Source: an uncultured Nitrososphaerales archaeon
Lineage (GTDB): Archaea > Thermoproteota > Nitrososphaeria > Nitrososphaerales > Nitrososphaeraceae
Assembly: GCA_963713605.1 (NCBI GenBank)
Contig: CAVQMO010000001.1
Coordinates: 320,001-384,000 of the forward strand
Reading direction: 5' to 3'
Length of the DNA stretch: 64,000 nucleotides
In this document: positions 22,088-33,095 of the stretch, piece after piece
How the letters are laid out: each line of letters opens with the position of its first letter
Numbering within the stretch: position 1 is the first letter of the stretch
Notes under the pieces: model-generated
What the model was told of the DNA's origin: nothing
Databases searched by the model: none
What the model saw: only the letters and a program-made list of their open reading frames with translations
Translations under genes and position numbers: made by a program

Positions 22088-24088
22088 AAGAAGAATCCAA
22101 TAAAGGTTGCGACCTTGACTTCGACAAACACGTAATACCGCTTTTTCGAATGGGTTTCAATACAATACCACTGAGACGAGATTCTGTTACTCCAAATCTG
22201 AAATCTATCTCCGACATCTACAATAATCCGGAATCTTTGACCGAAGAGAATCTTCAACAGAATCGTCATTTATTTTATAATGTTGCAACTATTCTCGGAA
22301 AGAGCCATATCAAAGATAAAGACGGTAAAGATCTGCACTTAAATTGCTTAGATATTGACTCGGTTAGCAATAATCTCTATGAAAGGTCGGGATGTATACT
22401 TAATTAATGAACTTTGTAAATCGACGTATGTAACTAAAACTAAGAAGAAAAATGGGTACCAATATCTATTGGTTTAGTCATCGCCGAAATACTCCAATTC
22501 GAACTAGTGATTGTAAATTTGGTTATCAATTTGAAATAAAGACCGGTAACGGCGGACATTGTACGCTTTCCGCCCAGTTCACATAGAGCCGATCCAAATT
22601 ATCATTATAAGAATATTGGTCAAAATGCTATTGCTATTAGAGACGATTTATACCATGGGCTGGTTGATCTCTTATCTGATTTCAAAAGAGAGAAGCCTTC
22701 AGCCTCGCGTAGACAGTTATAAATCAAATGACGCCAGATTATATGATGAAATATCGCTCTCGGACTGTTCGCTTATTGCCTCAGCAATCGCCAGCGCATA
22801 TCGCCACGGTTCAAGAGACGAAATTATATTTGTCTTTTCTGGCTATTTATGGCGTGAGAACGTTGACTAGAGACTGCTAAAACCATCGTTAGTGAGCTTT
22901 GTAAGATAACTGCAGACGAACAGTTGAGATACTAGAACAAGTGGTGGGTCTTGTACGCTGCGAACAGAATTATTGATGAAACTTCAGAGGTGCTGACTAA
23001 ACACAAGAACACAGTGGTTCTAGAACTTGACCAAAATATTCGCAATGAACTTTCGGGTCACATCTTTGAAGCAACTTGCTACACCCCACCAACCTTCGTC
23101 GTCAGCTCATGCTGTAAAGAAGCAAATATTGACATTCAAAGCTGTTAGAAATAAAATCCACAGCGATCAAAAAATAGAACGTCTCATGTGGGGAGAAGTC
23201 ATCGTAAATGCTATACCAGTAAAAATTGTCTCTTATGAAAACCCACTCGATAATACTACTATTAAATATCAACTTGAGTTTATATCGCCGACTGGAGAAT
23301 CATTCACAACTAAGCCTAAGACTTCAATAGAAATTGCGTCAGAACTGCGGATGAGAGGGTTAGTGTATAAACCACGGGTCGTCGAAGAAGCATTGAATGC
23401 TATTCTAAACGGTGCCCGCCGTAATCAAAAAATGAAGATATTGCGACAGATTGATAAAGCTGGATTCTACTACGATGGCGGTAAAATAGTTAGTACTGGC
23501 ATTAAACAAGACCTGGATTATCCGTCAATAGAAGTTCTTCGAAGATGTGCTCAATTTCTTAATGAATTAGTTTCTAGGTCAAAACATCCAGAAATGCTAG
23601 TAACGGAGATAAAGTGGGGAATACTAGCCCCATTCAGTTTTATTCTCAAGCAACTTAGTGACGAAGGTAGAGAGAGATGGATGCCTTAGTTATATCTAGA
23701 TGGGTACACAAGAACTAGCAAAACTACCGATAGTACAGTGGTTCTGGCTATCTATAGAAGGCAGAAAGATAAAGTTGGATTATCCAGCGCCAATAATATC
23801 GCACGCCTTGGTGAAGCAATAAGTCGTGATACTTTTCCAAAATTGATTGATGAAGTCAAATTGGATCCCAAAATTCAAGGCGATCTGATTGAAGCGATAA
23901 AACATGCTGTGCAAGGTAAAATAGCTAGAACAAAGCTCTCCGTTACATCGGAACCAATCGATATCCATGCATTTAGTCCATGCATATTTACGAGCAATCA
24001 CCAGTTACCCACGGATCCAGCTTTTCGCAGACGGTTTTTGAATTTTCATTACCCACACGTTGACAAGCCTTACCTGGCTATAATTTGA
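22075..24088 (+). pseudogene. Bifunctional primase-polymerase + PriCT-like + P-loop helicase replication protein (fragmented)
   Basis: GFNTIPL, NVATILG, CLDID, KTKKKNGY, FEIKT..GHC..P.S, GSRDEIIF..SGYL, Walker A-like GYTRTSKTT after an in-frame TAG (23687), Walker B LIDEV, IFTSN, AFRRRF. Confidence 0.8.
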
Positions 24089-24249
24089 CTTCGCTGATCT
24101 TAATGATGCGTACATTAGTATGGCTATTCGTCTTTATGGCTAGACAGTTTTTAGCATAAAGTTATGAGGTAAGCCGCAAAGGCTGTGGCTTCTTGGAAAA
24201 GCCTTCATCATTTTCCCTAATTGAAAAACTTCACTCATTAATTGAAGAT

Positions 24250-24301
24250 GTTGAACGGCATTCTGAACGATGGTTGAACACTGGTTGAACTACAGTTGGA
24301 A
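24250..24301 (+). repeat. Five phased GTTGAAC-like repeats (spacing 12, 11, 11, 11 bp)
   Basis: GTTGAAC 24250, TCTGAAC 24262, GTTGAAC 24273, GTTGAAC 24284, GTTGGAA 24295. Confidence 0.75.
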
Positions 24302-24607
24302 GAACATAAGGTAAAACCTTTTTGCACTTTTGAACATTTTGAAAGAAAAGAGCTCGTCTTTCAATATCTCTGTAGGCCTTAGTGCTATAGTCGTATGAGA
24401 CTGAGACTGCTGTCTAATTAAGTAATTCGGGACCGGATTCGGAAAATAATATCCCTGTCGCCGACCGGTCAGATAATCAATGAAAGAAACAATGTTGGCA
24501 AGACCATTATGTAAATTCATTATGTGCCGCTTAACGCTATATTTTCTGCTAGAATACATTCCACATGTTGAACAAGCCCACCTGGGTTTAGAACCCATTC
24601 TGAACAC
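24290..24607 (-). CDS. C2H2 zinc-finger protein
   Basis: WACSTCGMYSSRKYSVKRHIMNLH. Confidence 0.8.
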   Translation of the reverse strand: MFRMGSKPRWACSTCGMYSSRKYSVKRHIMNLHNGLANIVSFIDYLTGRRQGYYFPNPVPNYLIRQQSQSHTTIALRPTEILKDELFSFKMFKSAKRFYLMFFQL

Positions 24608-25030
24608 CTGTAAACGAAATGGCGCAGAGCTTCTCTGTGAAACTCATTCTGATCTGTTCACAATGCTATGATAGAACAATCTTCTATAAAAATATTACAT
24701 TTTACGTCGGTTTGGGCAGCATCACAGATTAACTGGGACGCACCTTTTCGTCTAACTGCTATCTATAGTGTTAATCGGCGCTGTGGCTACTGGATTGATA
24801 TTGGCATTACTTTATTTCTCGAGTATCTGGGCTCGAATTTGGTAATAGACACATGGCATTGTTTCGTGGGTAACTCAATTTCACAGTCAATCTGTTTGCG
24901 AAGTATTGATGATATCAATCTGTCGATTTACGAGAGGTTTCGACTAGTCAACCGTCAGAGAATAGTACTTTATTCTATAAGAGATTAACGTTAATATTAT
25001 ATAGACGTTTTCTGTATTGTGTGACTACGA

Positions 25031-25399
25031 ATGAAAAAGAGCGTATTGATGGGACTAATTACAACAATCGCAGTTCTAACAACGGCGACAGCTTCTATCA
25101 GTCCAACAACAGTTCTTGCTAGCAGTAACCCCAGCGACCATCCAAATAACGCCGGCGATGCAAGTTCTCAACTTGCGCAGTCTGATGATTTTGACGACGA
25201 TGACACTCCCGGAGGCGCGATGGGTGACCATTCACGGGAAGGGGATTCAGCAGGAGAAGCCCCATTCGATGAGGATCCGCTTACGGGAGAACCAGATAAG
25301 CCTGGAAGATTAGGTTTAGGCACTGACGAACTCGCCGGAGGAAATCCAGGCGGACTACTCTGTAATCTGGCCAACGAACCATTCAGCCTCGAACGATGA
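25031..25399 (+). CDS. Secreted acidic Gly/Asp-rich protein
   Basis: Signal peptide MKKSVLMGLITTIAVLTTA...; TATA ATTATATA at ~24996. Confidence 0.75.
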   Translation: MKKSVLMGLITTIAVLTTATASISPTTVLASSNPSDHPNNAGDASSQLAQSDDFDDDDTPGGAMGDHSREGDSAGEAPFDEDPLTGEPDKPGRLGLGTDELAGGNPGGLLCNLANEPFSLER

Positions 25400-25702
25400 C
25401 GATGTCGAGTGTTAGCAGGAACACTCCACTTTTTTTGGATGAAGTTACTCAATCAATCGGGTTTCGCAAGAGATAAAAAATCAATAGCACTGCATCAGGT
25501 CATTCGTAAGTATAATTGTGTTCCCAATCCGGAAGGGGTTCTAGAATTGTGTCAAATTTGTCTCACATTCCACCGAACCCGGTTATCATACGGGTTCATA
25601 TACATCTGGAAGCATCAATCTTACCATTAAATCCGACCTAGATAATATCCGGTTGTGAGCGACATGTTATTCGATATAGGGCCATTAATTCCCGTCAAAT
25701 TT

Positions 25703-25724
25703 GTTCAGAATCCGACCCGGCCCA
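25703..25724 (+). repeat. attR: copy of the tRNA-Val 3' end
   Basis: GTTCaGAATCCGACCCGGCCCA versus tRNA GTTCGAATCCGACCCGGCCCA (one extra base; 17 bp exact). Confidence 0.9.
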
Positions 25725-26297
25725 ATTTAAATATGCATGGATCTATAGGGCTGAGTATAGAGCGTTGTAGATTAATAGTAAAGTCTTCAGGTAAATTTCC
25801 GAAGCTGCAGTCCTCCCATGCGGGCCGCTTAGCCGATCCGGTGTCAAGATTCATGTTGCCAGAAGACTTATAGCCTCAAATTATCCGCAGTTTACCATCT
25901 ACTTATTAATTTATAAAGAAACTAGCTTAGAACGCATGGGCATTGGTTACGAAATCGCATTTCGACCGTTACGCTGCTAATTGTAATATTAAGCCCTAAT
26001 AAATCCACATCAGCAATAAGCAAGCTGTAAGAACAAAGATATGGATATAATACTATGCGAATTCCCCGAGTATTGTCGGAATTGTGGCTGAGGTTCTGTA
26101 GCCACATTCATGAAACTGTCAGACCAAAATACGACGTCGGGATGAGAAAGCTCACTCTCGCGCCCGTTTTGGCGACAGCAGGAATCGCAGCATACAGGGA
26201 ACTAAACCAGGCCCAATACGATAAGGCCATAACTGATAAACACCTTCGAAGTCTAGAATATTTGGGTCTATTTAGCAGGGAAGCTGCTGAAAAGGAA

Positions 26298-26771
26298 ATG
26301 TCTTCGAGGGTCACAAAGGCCACCAGTGTTGTGTTGAACAGACCGACAAAAAACAAGAATATAGGAAAGCAAAGGAGAATAATGATAGTCGATGACGAAC
26401 AGGATGTCACCTTCTTGTTTAAGATAATTCTCGAAGATGTGCATCATGACCCAACTTTCTCCTGCAAAGTAGACTCGTTTAACGACCCACTCGTTGCGTT
26501 GGAAAATTATATGGAGGGCTTATACGATCTAATAATTATAGATATAGTGATGCCCAAAATGGACGGATTCAAGCTATACAAAGAATTAAGAAAAAAAGAC
26601 AAGGACGCAAAGGCATGCTTCTTGACTGCGGGCGAAATGTACTATGAGGAGTACCCGAAAACATGTATTTCCGGAAGTATCTGCAGATAAGATTATCCGA
26701 AAGCCGATCTCTAATGAAGAATTAATTAGGACAATAAAGGGGTATTTCAAAACCTAACTTTTGTTGGCTGA
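26298..26771 (+). CDS. Stand-alone response-regulator receiver protein (frameshift at ~26655; start uncertain)
   Basis: IMIVDDE, DLIIIDIVMPKMDG, FLTA, then IRKPISNEEL in the shifted frame. Confidence 0.85.
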
Positions 26772-27014
26772 AAACAGTCTGGCATTGAAATGAACACGGT
26801 TTCAAGCGGATAGTAATCGATGGTCCGGGAGGCAATAAGGCAAGTTCGTCATATGAATCCAATATGACCTTCTCCATCATAGGACTAGGTTCTGCCACAA
26901 TGTAACTGAATGTGGACAATTGGTACTGTGCTGCCAAAATTTTTAGGGAAGCAGACCTCCTCTTTAAACAGCAAATTTTTGAAGAAATAAAAGGAAGTGC
27001 CGTTCTACTCTAGA

Positions 27015-27761
27015 TTAGTTTCCCGAGGTCTCATTATCAACAGCTACGTTCGATGATTCCTCAGTAAAATCCTCAAGATATATATCCATATATCTCTTCA
27101 ATCTCTCCCATGATTTCCGTATATCTTCGTTTGCTGGTTTTTTGATTGCGTACTTCCCTGCAAACGGGATTTCCTCGATTTCAATGGACCCTATTGATGG
27201 AATACTTTGGTAAATTGAATTCCCAGGTGTAGTTTCGGCGAATTCACTGTCTAAACCTCCGTGTAGTTTTTCGGATAGGCCTAGCAACGTATCCTCTCCT
27301 GCGATTGGTTCAGTATCATTCATGTACCATCTTCTGACCTCTTTTTCAACACTTTGTGCTTCAGCGGATGATACTCCTGTTAAATCCTTAATCTCAAGCC
27401 AAAGGTTCTCAGGCAGCTCTCTCTTGAATTTCTTGTAAAATTCGTTCCATAGGGATACTTTTAGTACCGACTCGCGAAGCAATTGTTTTCGATGATCTTC
27501 GTCACGCGGGTATAGAACATCTTCACCATTTTTTGTGACTCTAAATTTTCCTCTTCCCTCTAGTAATCCATAACTGATTAAACTATTTATTCTCCTGTAA
27601 AAGCCACCGCTTGTTGGTGTCTTGTATCCGAGCAAGAGAGCAAGGTCGTTTGCATGAATCTGTCTATCTACGCTTTTGACATTATCATATATCTTCTTGA
27701 TGTCGTTGAAGGCCCCTGAATTGAATCTGACCTCAGGAATTTCGTATGAACCAATTCGCAA
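27015..27761 (-). CDS. Hypothetical winged-helix-containing protein
   Basis: LALLLGY..TSGGFYRRINSLISYGLLEGRGKFRVT. Confidence 0.7.
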   Translation of the reverse strand: MRIGSYEIPEVRFNSGAFNDIKKIYDNVKSVDRQIHANDLALLLGYKTPTSGGFYRRINSLISYGLLEGRGKFRVTKNGEDVLYPRDEDHRKQLLRESVLKVSLWNEFYKKFKRELPENLWLEIKDLTGVSSAEAQSVEKEVRRWYMNDTEPIAGEDTLLGLSEKLHGGLDSEFAETTPGNSIYQSIPSIGSIEIEEIPFAGKYAIKKPANEDIRKSWERLKRYMDIYLEDFTEESSNVAVDNETSGN

Positions 27762-27996
27762 TTTGTTTGATTATCTTTCCATTTGTCGTTATTAAATTTG
27801 CTTTACCGTGGGTCACACGCTTTACAACTGAAATTACTTTTTTCCCAGTCAATCTCTGGTCCTACGAGCTTAGTTTTTCACTAAGTTGTTGAGAGCATTG
27901 AGGTCATACTGAAAAAGCAGAACGGCAGTGCCTATGACAGAACAAGATATTCAAAAGTCTAGGAGGTTATGATTTGTTATGTCTGTCTATTTCAAA

Positions 27997-29127
27997 TCAT
28001 GCATAGTAGGTCTTCAACGCCAAAATTAGTCTATCGATATCGCCTTCGTCATTATAAAAATGAGGTGATACCCTTATCCCCCCGCCTCGCGCAGACACTA
28101 TTATTCGCCTTTTTCCTAGATAAGCGACCAAATGTTCAGGTGATCTACTTTTGAATACTATGATGGCAGATCTGTGCATATTTTCTAGAGGAGAAAGGAT
28201 CCGAATTTTCAATTCAGCAAGTCTATCGATAAGATACTGTGTGAGATACAGTATTCTTTCTTCGATCCGAAGAATGTTAATTTTTGAAATATATCTAACA
28301 GCTGCATTTAATGCAATGATATTTGGAAAGTGTGGCGTACTGAGCTCAAATTTTGAAGCGTTCTTGGACATCCTGATTTTCATGTTATCAAAATGCTCTC
28401 TGTCATTTTGTCCAAATTGACTAAAAAATGGGGGGGTCATTCCTGATTCCTTTTCTAGCAATTTACTCTGAATGTAGAGTGTTCCTATTCCAAAGGAAGA
28501 AAGCAACCATTTGTGGCCATTAGCCACTGTAAAATCAACCCCAAGTTTACTGACATCGAAATTCATTGCTCCGATCGACTGGGTTGCGTTGATCACTAGG
28601 TAGAGATTTTTTTCACCACAAATTTTGCTTAGTGTTTCCAAGTCTTGTTTGAATCCCGTTGAATACTGAACATGGCTGGTGATGATTGTTCGAGTTTTTC
28701 TTCCTATTGCTTCTCGAATACGCTCGATGGGCACAGTCCCATTTCGGGATTGAATTATTGTCATATGTGCTCCCCTGTTAATCCATGGTAGATTTGATGA
28801 CGGAAACTCTAAATCGTTTGATATTGCATGGCCGCGGTTTGCGAGCAAGTGAGCTATAATATTCATTCCCTCACTCGTTGAGTGAGTGAATGCGATTTCT
28901 TCGAAATTGGCCCCAATAAAGGTAGCGTACCTTCTACGAGCTTCTTCAACGCAATCAATCCATTTCTGCCAGTAATTTCCACCGTATAACATACTCTCTT
29001 TGTAAAATTCCGATACTGCGTTTTGAACCTGACTTGGGATTGGAGAGATTGCCGCGTTCGCCAAATATGTATACCTCTTGGTGACTGGGAAGTCATCTCG
29101 TAGTCTGCGCCAATACGTAGATTTCAA
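27997..29127 (-). CDS. Class V PLP-dependent aminotransferase / cysteine-desulfurase-like enzyme
   Basis: YLANAA, STSEG, EFPS, GHKWL (PLP Lys), IRVSPHFYN. Confidence 0.9.
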   Translation of the reverse strand: MKSTYWRRLRDDFPVTKRYTYLANAAISPIPSQVQNAVSEFYKESMLYGGNYWQKWIDCVEEARRRYATFIGANFEEIAFTHSTSEGMNIIAHLLANRGHAISNDLEFPSSNLPWINRGAHMTIIQSRNGTVPIERIREAIGRKTRTIITSHVQYSTGFKQDLETLSKICGEKNLYLVINATQSIGAMNFDVSKLGVDFTVANGHKWLLSSFGIGTLYIQSKLLEKESGMTPPFFSQFGQNDREHFDNMKIRMSKNASKFELSTPHFPNIIALNAAVRYISKINILRIEERILYLTQYLIDRLAELKIRILSPLENMHRSAIIVFKSRSPEHLVAYLGKRRIIVSARGGGIRVSPHFYNDEGDIDRLILALKTYYA

Positions 29128-29372
29128 TTTGTAATCAAGTCTTCAGATTAAATGGGCTATATGATTTTCCTCTAGAAATCTAGTTTTGTAGACTAATGGC
29201 TGTGTACATGACAAACCTCCTCACGTAGAACTGCGAAAAATTTATGCGCATCAACTTATAAAAAGGGCAACGATATAGATCATATAGGGCGATTTCGATC
29301 AACGTATTCATTGTAGGATATTGTGAAATATCACCGAATGATGTCAGCTTACGAGAAGGGGTATACTAGTCT

Positions 29373-30360
29373 CTGGAATCAAACGTACTTACTAAACAAA
29401 ACCTAGCTTCAACTTTTCTTAAAGGAAAAAGGCGAGGCGATAAAATATTTCGTGGGACGGTTATTGGTGCTCGCTGGTTATAGCGCACTCATGTTGATCC
29501 TCGTCGCGTTTGCAGTAGGTGAAGGAGCCCTCCCGATCTTTTCTCATGAAGGCTTTCAATTTGTCATAGGTACTGATTGGAACGCTGTGTATGGGCGTGA
29601 GTCATTTGGCGCACTACCATATATCATAGGTACTTTGCTTAGTTCCGCCATTGCGATGGCTATAGGAGTGCCCATTAGTCTAGGGATAGCCATCTTTGTC
29701 ACAGAGATGGCTCCTCATCGGATTAGTACCCCCCTATCCTTCGTAGTTGAATTACTCGCTGCAGTGCCAAGCATCATATACGGCCTATGGGCTTTGTTTG
29801 TATTTAGATTCTGGGTAAGGGATTTGATCGAACGTCCTCTGTATGAGCATTTGAATTGGATTCCATTTTTTGATAAAACTCCCTTTGGCCTGGATATCTT
29901 TACTGCGGGGATCGTTCTTTCCATTATGATTATTCCAATTATCTCCTCTATAACAAGGGAGATACTTCGTGTTGTCCCTAATTCTCAGCGGGAGGCTGCA
30001 TATAGCCTTGGTGCGACAAGGTGGGGAACCCTGAGGACTGCAGTCTTTCCCTATGCTAAATCAGGTATACTCGGTGCTTCATTTTTGGGGCTAGGCCGAG
30101 CTATAGGTGAAACTATTCTTGTTACGATGATAATAGGAAATGCGATAGGTCCGGCTGCAATTCCGACTACCCTGTTTTCACAAGGTCAATCGCTGGCAAG
30201 TCTTATTGCAAACGAATTCAACGAAGCAGTATCAGATTTGCATCTTTCGGCGCTAATTGGTCTGGGCGCTATCTTATTGTTACTGTCTATGGTAATAAAT
30301 ATTGGCGCAAGGTTAATGGTTTCGAGGATGGTCAAATCAGTTCCAGGAGGGAGAGAATAG
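29373..30360 (+). CDS. pstC: Phosphate ABC transporter permease PstC (start uncertain, 5' frameshift)
   Basis: ELLAAVPSIIYGLW, REAAYSLGAT, GRAIGET. Confidence 0.93.
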
Positions 30361-31280
30361 TGTCTGGAAATACAGATAGGCATCCCGAGCGATTCCACAG
30401 AAAAGAAGTGCAGAGGGTGATGGTCAAAAACGCAAGAAAGGCTAAGATTATTGATAAAATAGTTAGCATATTTGCAATCGCATGTGTTATTTTAGCAGTT
30501 ATCCCATTGACTAGTATATTAATTGAGGTAGTAAAGAACGGGATCGCCGCATTCAATTGGGATTTCTTGACAGGAAGACCGTCTGCTATTGGTCGAGCCG
30601 GTGGTGGTATAGCCCCTGCAATTCAGGGAACTTTGATCGTGGTAGGATTGGCAACGATGATAGGAGCACCGATTGGAATACTTACTGGTATCTATTTGTC
30701 AGAGTTTGCTGGGGGTGGTGCATTTCCCAACGGGGTACGATTTTTCAATGAAGTGATGACGGGTTTACCTTCTGTGGTTATGGGGATAGTCGGTTATATT
30801 CTAATTGTCCTCACCCTAGGTTCGTTCTCTGTATGGGCTGGAGCTTTTTCGTTATCACTTATCATGATTCCGATCGTATCCCGTGTTACTGAAGAGACCA
30901 TCAAGATCGTCCCCAACTCAATTCGTGAGGCAGGTCATGCACTCGGTATTCCAAAGTGGAAGGTCACTCTTTTCATAACATTAAAGTCTGCAATTAGCGG
31001 GATTCTGACCGGAGTAGTACTTTCAATAGCGAGAATTGCTGGAGAAACAGCACCACTTATCATGACAATTCTAGGCACTAGCTTATTTTTTACGGGCTTC
31101 AACTCGCCAGTAGACGCCTTACCTCTAAGAATATGGCGTCTCTCTTCCCAACCTTATGATAGTGCCCAAACACAAGCGTGGGGGGCTCCACTTTTTCTCA
31201 TCATGATGGTACTGGTTCTGAGTGTGGCTTTAAGACTGTTAGCACAACGAAGAGGCTTTGCAGTAAAGGCCGAAAGTTAA
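30360..31280 (+). CDS. pstA: Phosphate ABC transporter permease PstA
   Basis: IYLSEF, GLPSVVMG, ARIAGETAPL. Confidence 0.95.
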   Translation: MSGNTDRHPERFHRKEVQRVMVKNARKAKIIDKIVSIFAIACVILAVIPLTSILIEVVKNGIAAFNWDFLTGRPSAIGRAGGGIAPAIQGTLIVVGLATMIGAPIGILTGIYLSEFAGGGAFPNGVRFFNEVMTGLPSVVMGIVGYILIVLTLGSFSVWAGAFSLSLIMIPIVSRVTEETIKIVPNSIREAGHALGIPKWKVTLFITLKSAISGILTGVVLSIARIAGETAPLIMTILGTSLFFTGFNSPVDALPLRIWRLSSQPYDSAQTQAWGAPLFLIMMVLVLSVALRLLAQRRGFAVKAES

Positions 31281-31523
31281 GAGCTTATATCAATTGTCTT
31301 GTGCAGGGTTCAAAGAATCTGATTCTTGTTGTTCCTCTCTTGTTCCTCTGATGAACCGTGGGTTACTACACGTATTCCATAGTTATTACTTGTCGTTCTC
31401 GAAATTCTCGCTATATACTCTATATTATTTATATAGACAAGTATTTAATCTGCGTCAGTCGAAATATAGTTTATTTGTCCACAAAAGAGACCAGTGAATG
31501 CACTACTGACACTACAAAGGTAT

Positions 31524-32357
31524 ATGGGTGAAAATTTGGCAGCCAAAGAGATTAGTAGTCATTCAGCTGAAACAACAGAACGTGTTGTAGAGTCTAATCG
31601 TGGGTCGAAGGTTTCAATTAAGGGTGTAAATGCATGGTTCGGTTCGAAGCAGGCCCTAAAAGATATTAACTTGGAAATTGAGGAGAATACAGCTACTGCC
31701 TTCATGGGTCCTTCGGGATGCGGCAAAACTACCCTGATAAGGTGCCTAAATCGAATGCATGAGATGACACCGGGGGCTAAAGCCCAGGGTCAGGTAATAC
31801 TAGATGGGATAAACATTTACGACAAGTCCATTGATCCCGTTATAATAAAAAGAAGAATCGGTATGGTTTTTCAGAAACCTAATCCTTTTCCTACCATGAG
31901 TATTTTTGACAACGTCGCAGCGGGTCTGAAGTTAAACGGTATCAAAGACAAGAAGCTGATTAGGGAAATAGTAGAGGAAAGCTTAGACGGCGCAGGTCTT
32001 TGGGAGGAAGTCAGAAATGAGTGGACAAACCAGGAATGGGGCTTTCAGGAGGTCAGCAACAGCGACTTTGTATTGCAAGGGCGTTGGCAATGCAGCCTGA
32101 GGTGATGCTGATGGATGAGCCCACTTCAGCTCTGGATCCAATCGCTTCTTCCAAGATCGAAGATTTGGTACACAAGCTAAAGAAGGACCTAACTATCATT
32201 ATAGTTACCCATAATATGCAACAGGGCAGCAAGGGTTGCTGATCGGGCGGCATTTATGTATCTCGGAGAGCTGATCGAATATGGATTTACCAAGCAAATA
32301 TTTCAAAATCCTGAACAAGAACTTACTGAGAAATTTGTAAGTGGTAAATTTGGATAA
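31524..32357 (+). CDS. pstB: Phosphate ABC transporter ATPase PstB (frameshifted)
   Basis: [39 protein letters not shown], ends GKFG*. Confidence 0.95.
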
Positions 32358-32426
32358 TGTCCTTCTGACATCAGGACACTCAACTACTTTATCTATATTT
32401 AGTATTGCTGTACAGACCAAAGTAGA

Positions 32427-33095
32427 TTGACTCGATTGCTTGACTTAGGCATAGAGAGGACACGTGATATTATTAGTGAAATGTCCAAGATTTCGGAGAT
32501 CTGCGTATCTACTGTATTGGAGTCCTACACGAAAGGCGACGTGAAAAAAAGGGAGATGTTTGAATGGGCAGAGAAGCTTCGCACGCTCCAGGAGGAGGTA
32601 TCTGACTTGGCATTTGAGCTCATAGCCAGATACCAACCCGTGGCGACAGATTTAAGATATATTAGGTCATGCCTAGAGGTATCATACGTGCTCTCACGGT
32701 TTGGAGGATATGGATATGAAATTGTAGAGGTTTTGGATATGATGGGTTCAATTTCAGAGTGCGATAAAAGAGTCGTCGCAGAGGCTGCAAAGGTAACTTC
32801 CGAAATGATTTCTTTAGGTGTGAGTACATTGGATTTTAAGGACAAACAAGCTTCTGATAAGCTATATGATATGGATGAAACTGTTGATCTGATATATCGG
32901 AAATACTTGCGAGAAGTTGTCACAGCCAAAAAAGAGTCACAAGATCTTTACGCTGATCCAAGATGCGTTATATCATCACTTCATGTTTTGAGATATCTTG
33001 AAAGAGTAGCCGACCATGCCTGTTATATTGCGGATTCAGTATCATACATAGTAACAGGAAAACCGAATCCCAGGCGGGTCCAAATGAATCCGTAA
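32427..33095 (+). CDS. phoU: Phosphate signalling protein PhoU
   Basis: ARYQPVATDLR, DETVD, RYLERVADHACYIA. Confidence 0.9.
   Translation: MTRLLDLGIERTRDIISEMSKISEICVSTVLESYTKGDVKKREMFEWAEKLRTLQEEVSDLAFELIARYQPVATDLRYIRSCLEVSYVLSRFGGYGYEIVEVLDMMGSISECDKRVVAEAAKVTSEMISLGVSTLDFKDKQASDKLYDMDETVDLIYRKYLREVVTAKKESQDLYADPRCVISSLHVLRYLERVADHACYIADSVSYIVTGKPNPRRVQMNP

Larger units (their letters stand above)
21335..25724 (+). mobile_element. Integrated plasmid-like element in tRNA-Val (degenerate, no integrase seen)
   Basis: tRNA 3' end GAATCCGACCCGGCCCA repeated at 25708-25724; encloses RHH, primase-polymerase/helicase, Zn-finger and secreted-protein genes. Confidence 0.85.

Noticed and set aside
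23687..23689. Amber read-through (pyrrolysine)
   Set aside because: No pyl genes seen, TAG ends many ordinary genes here, and the gene is otherwise fragmented.
24668..25873. ORFs 24668-24988, 25409-25630 and 25655-25873 as integrase fragments
   Set aside because: No R...HxxR...Y tyrosine-recombinase motifs recognisable; probably spurious or too decayed to call.
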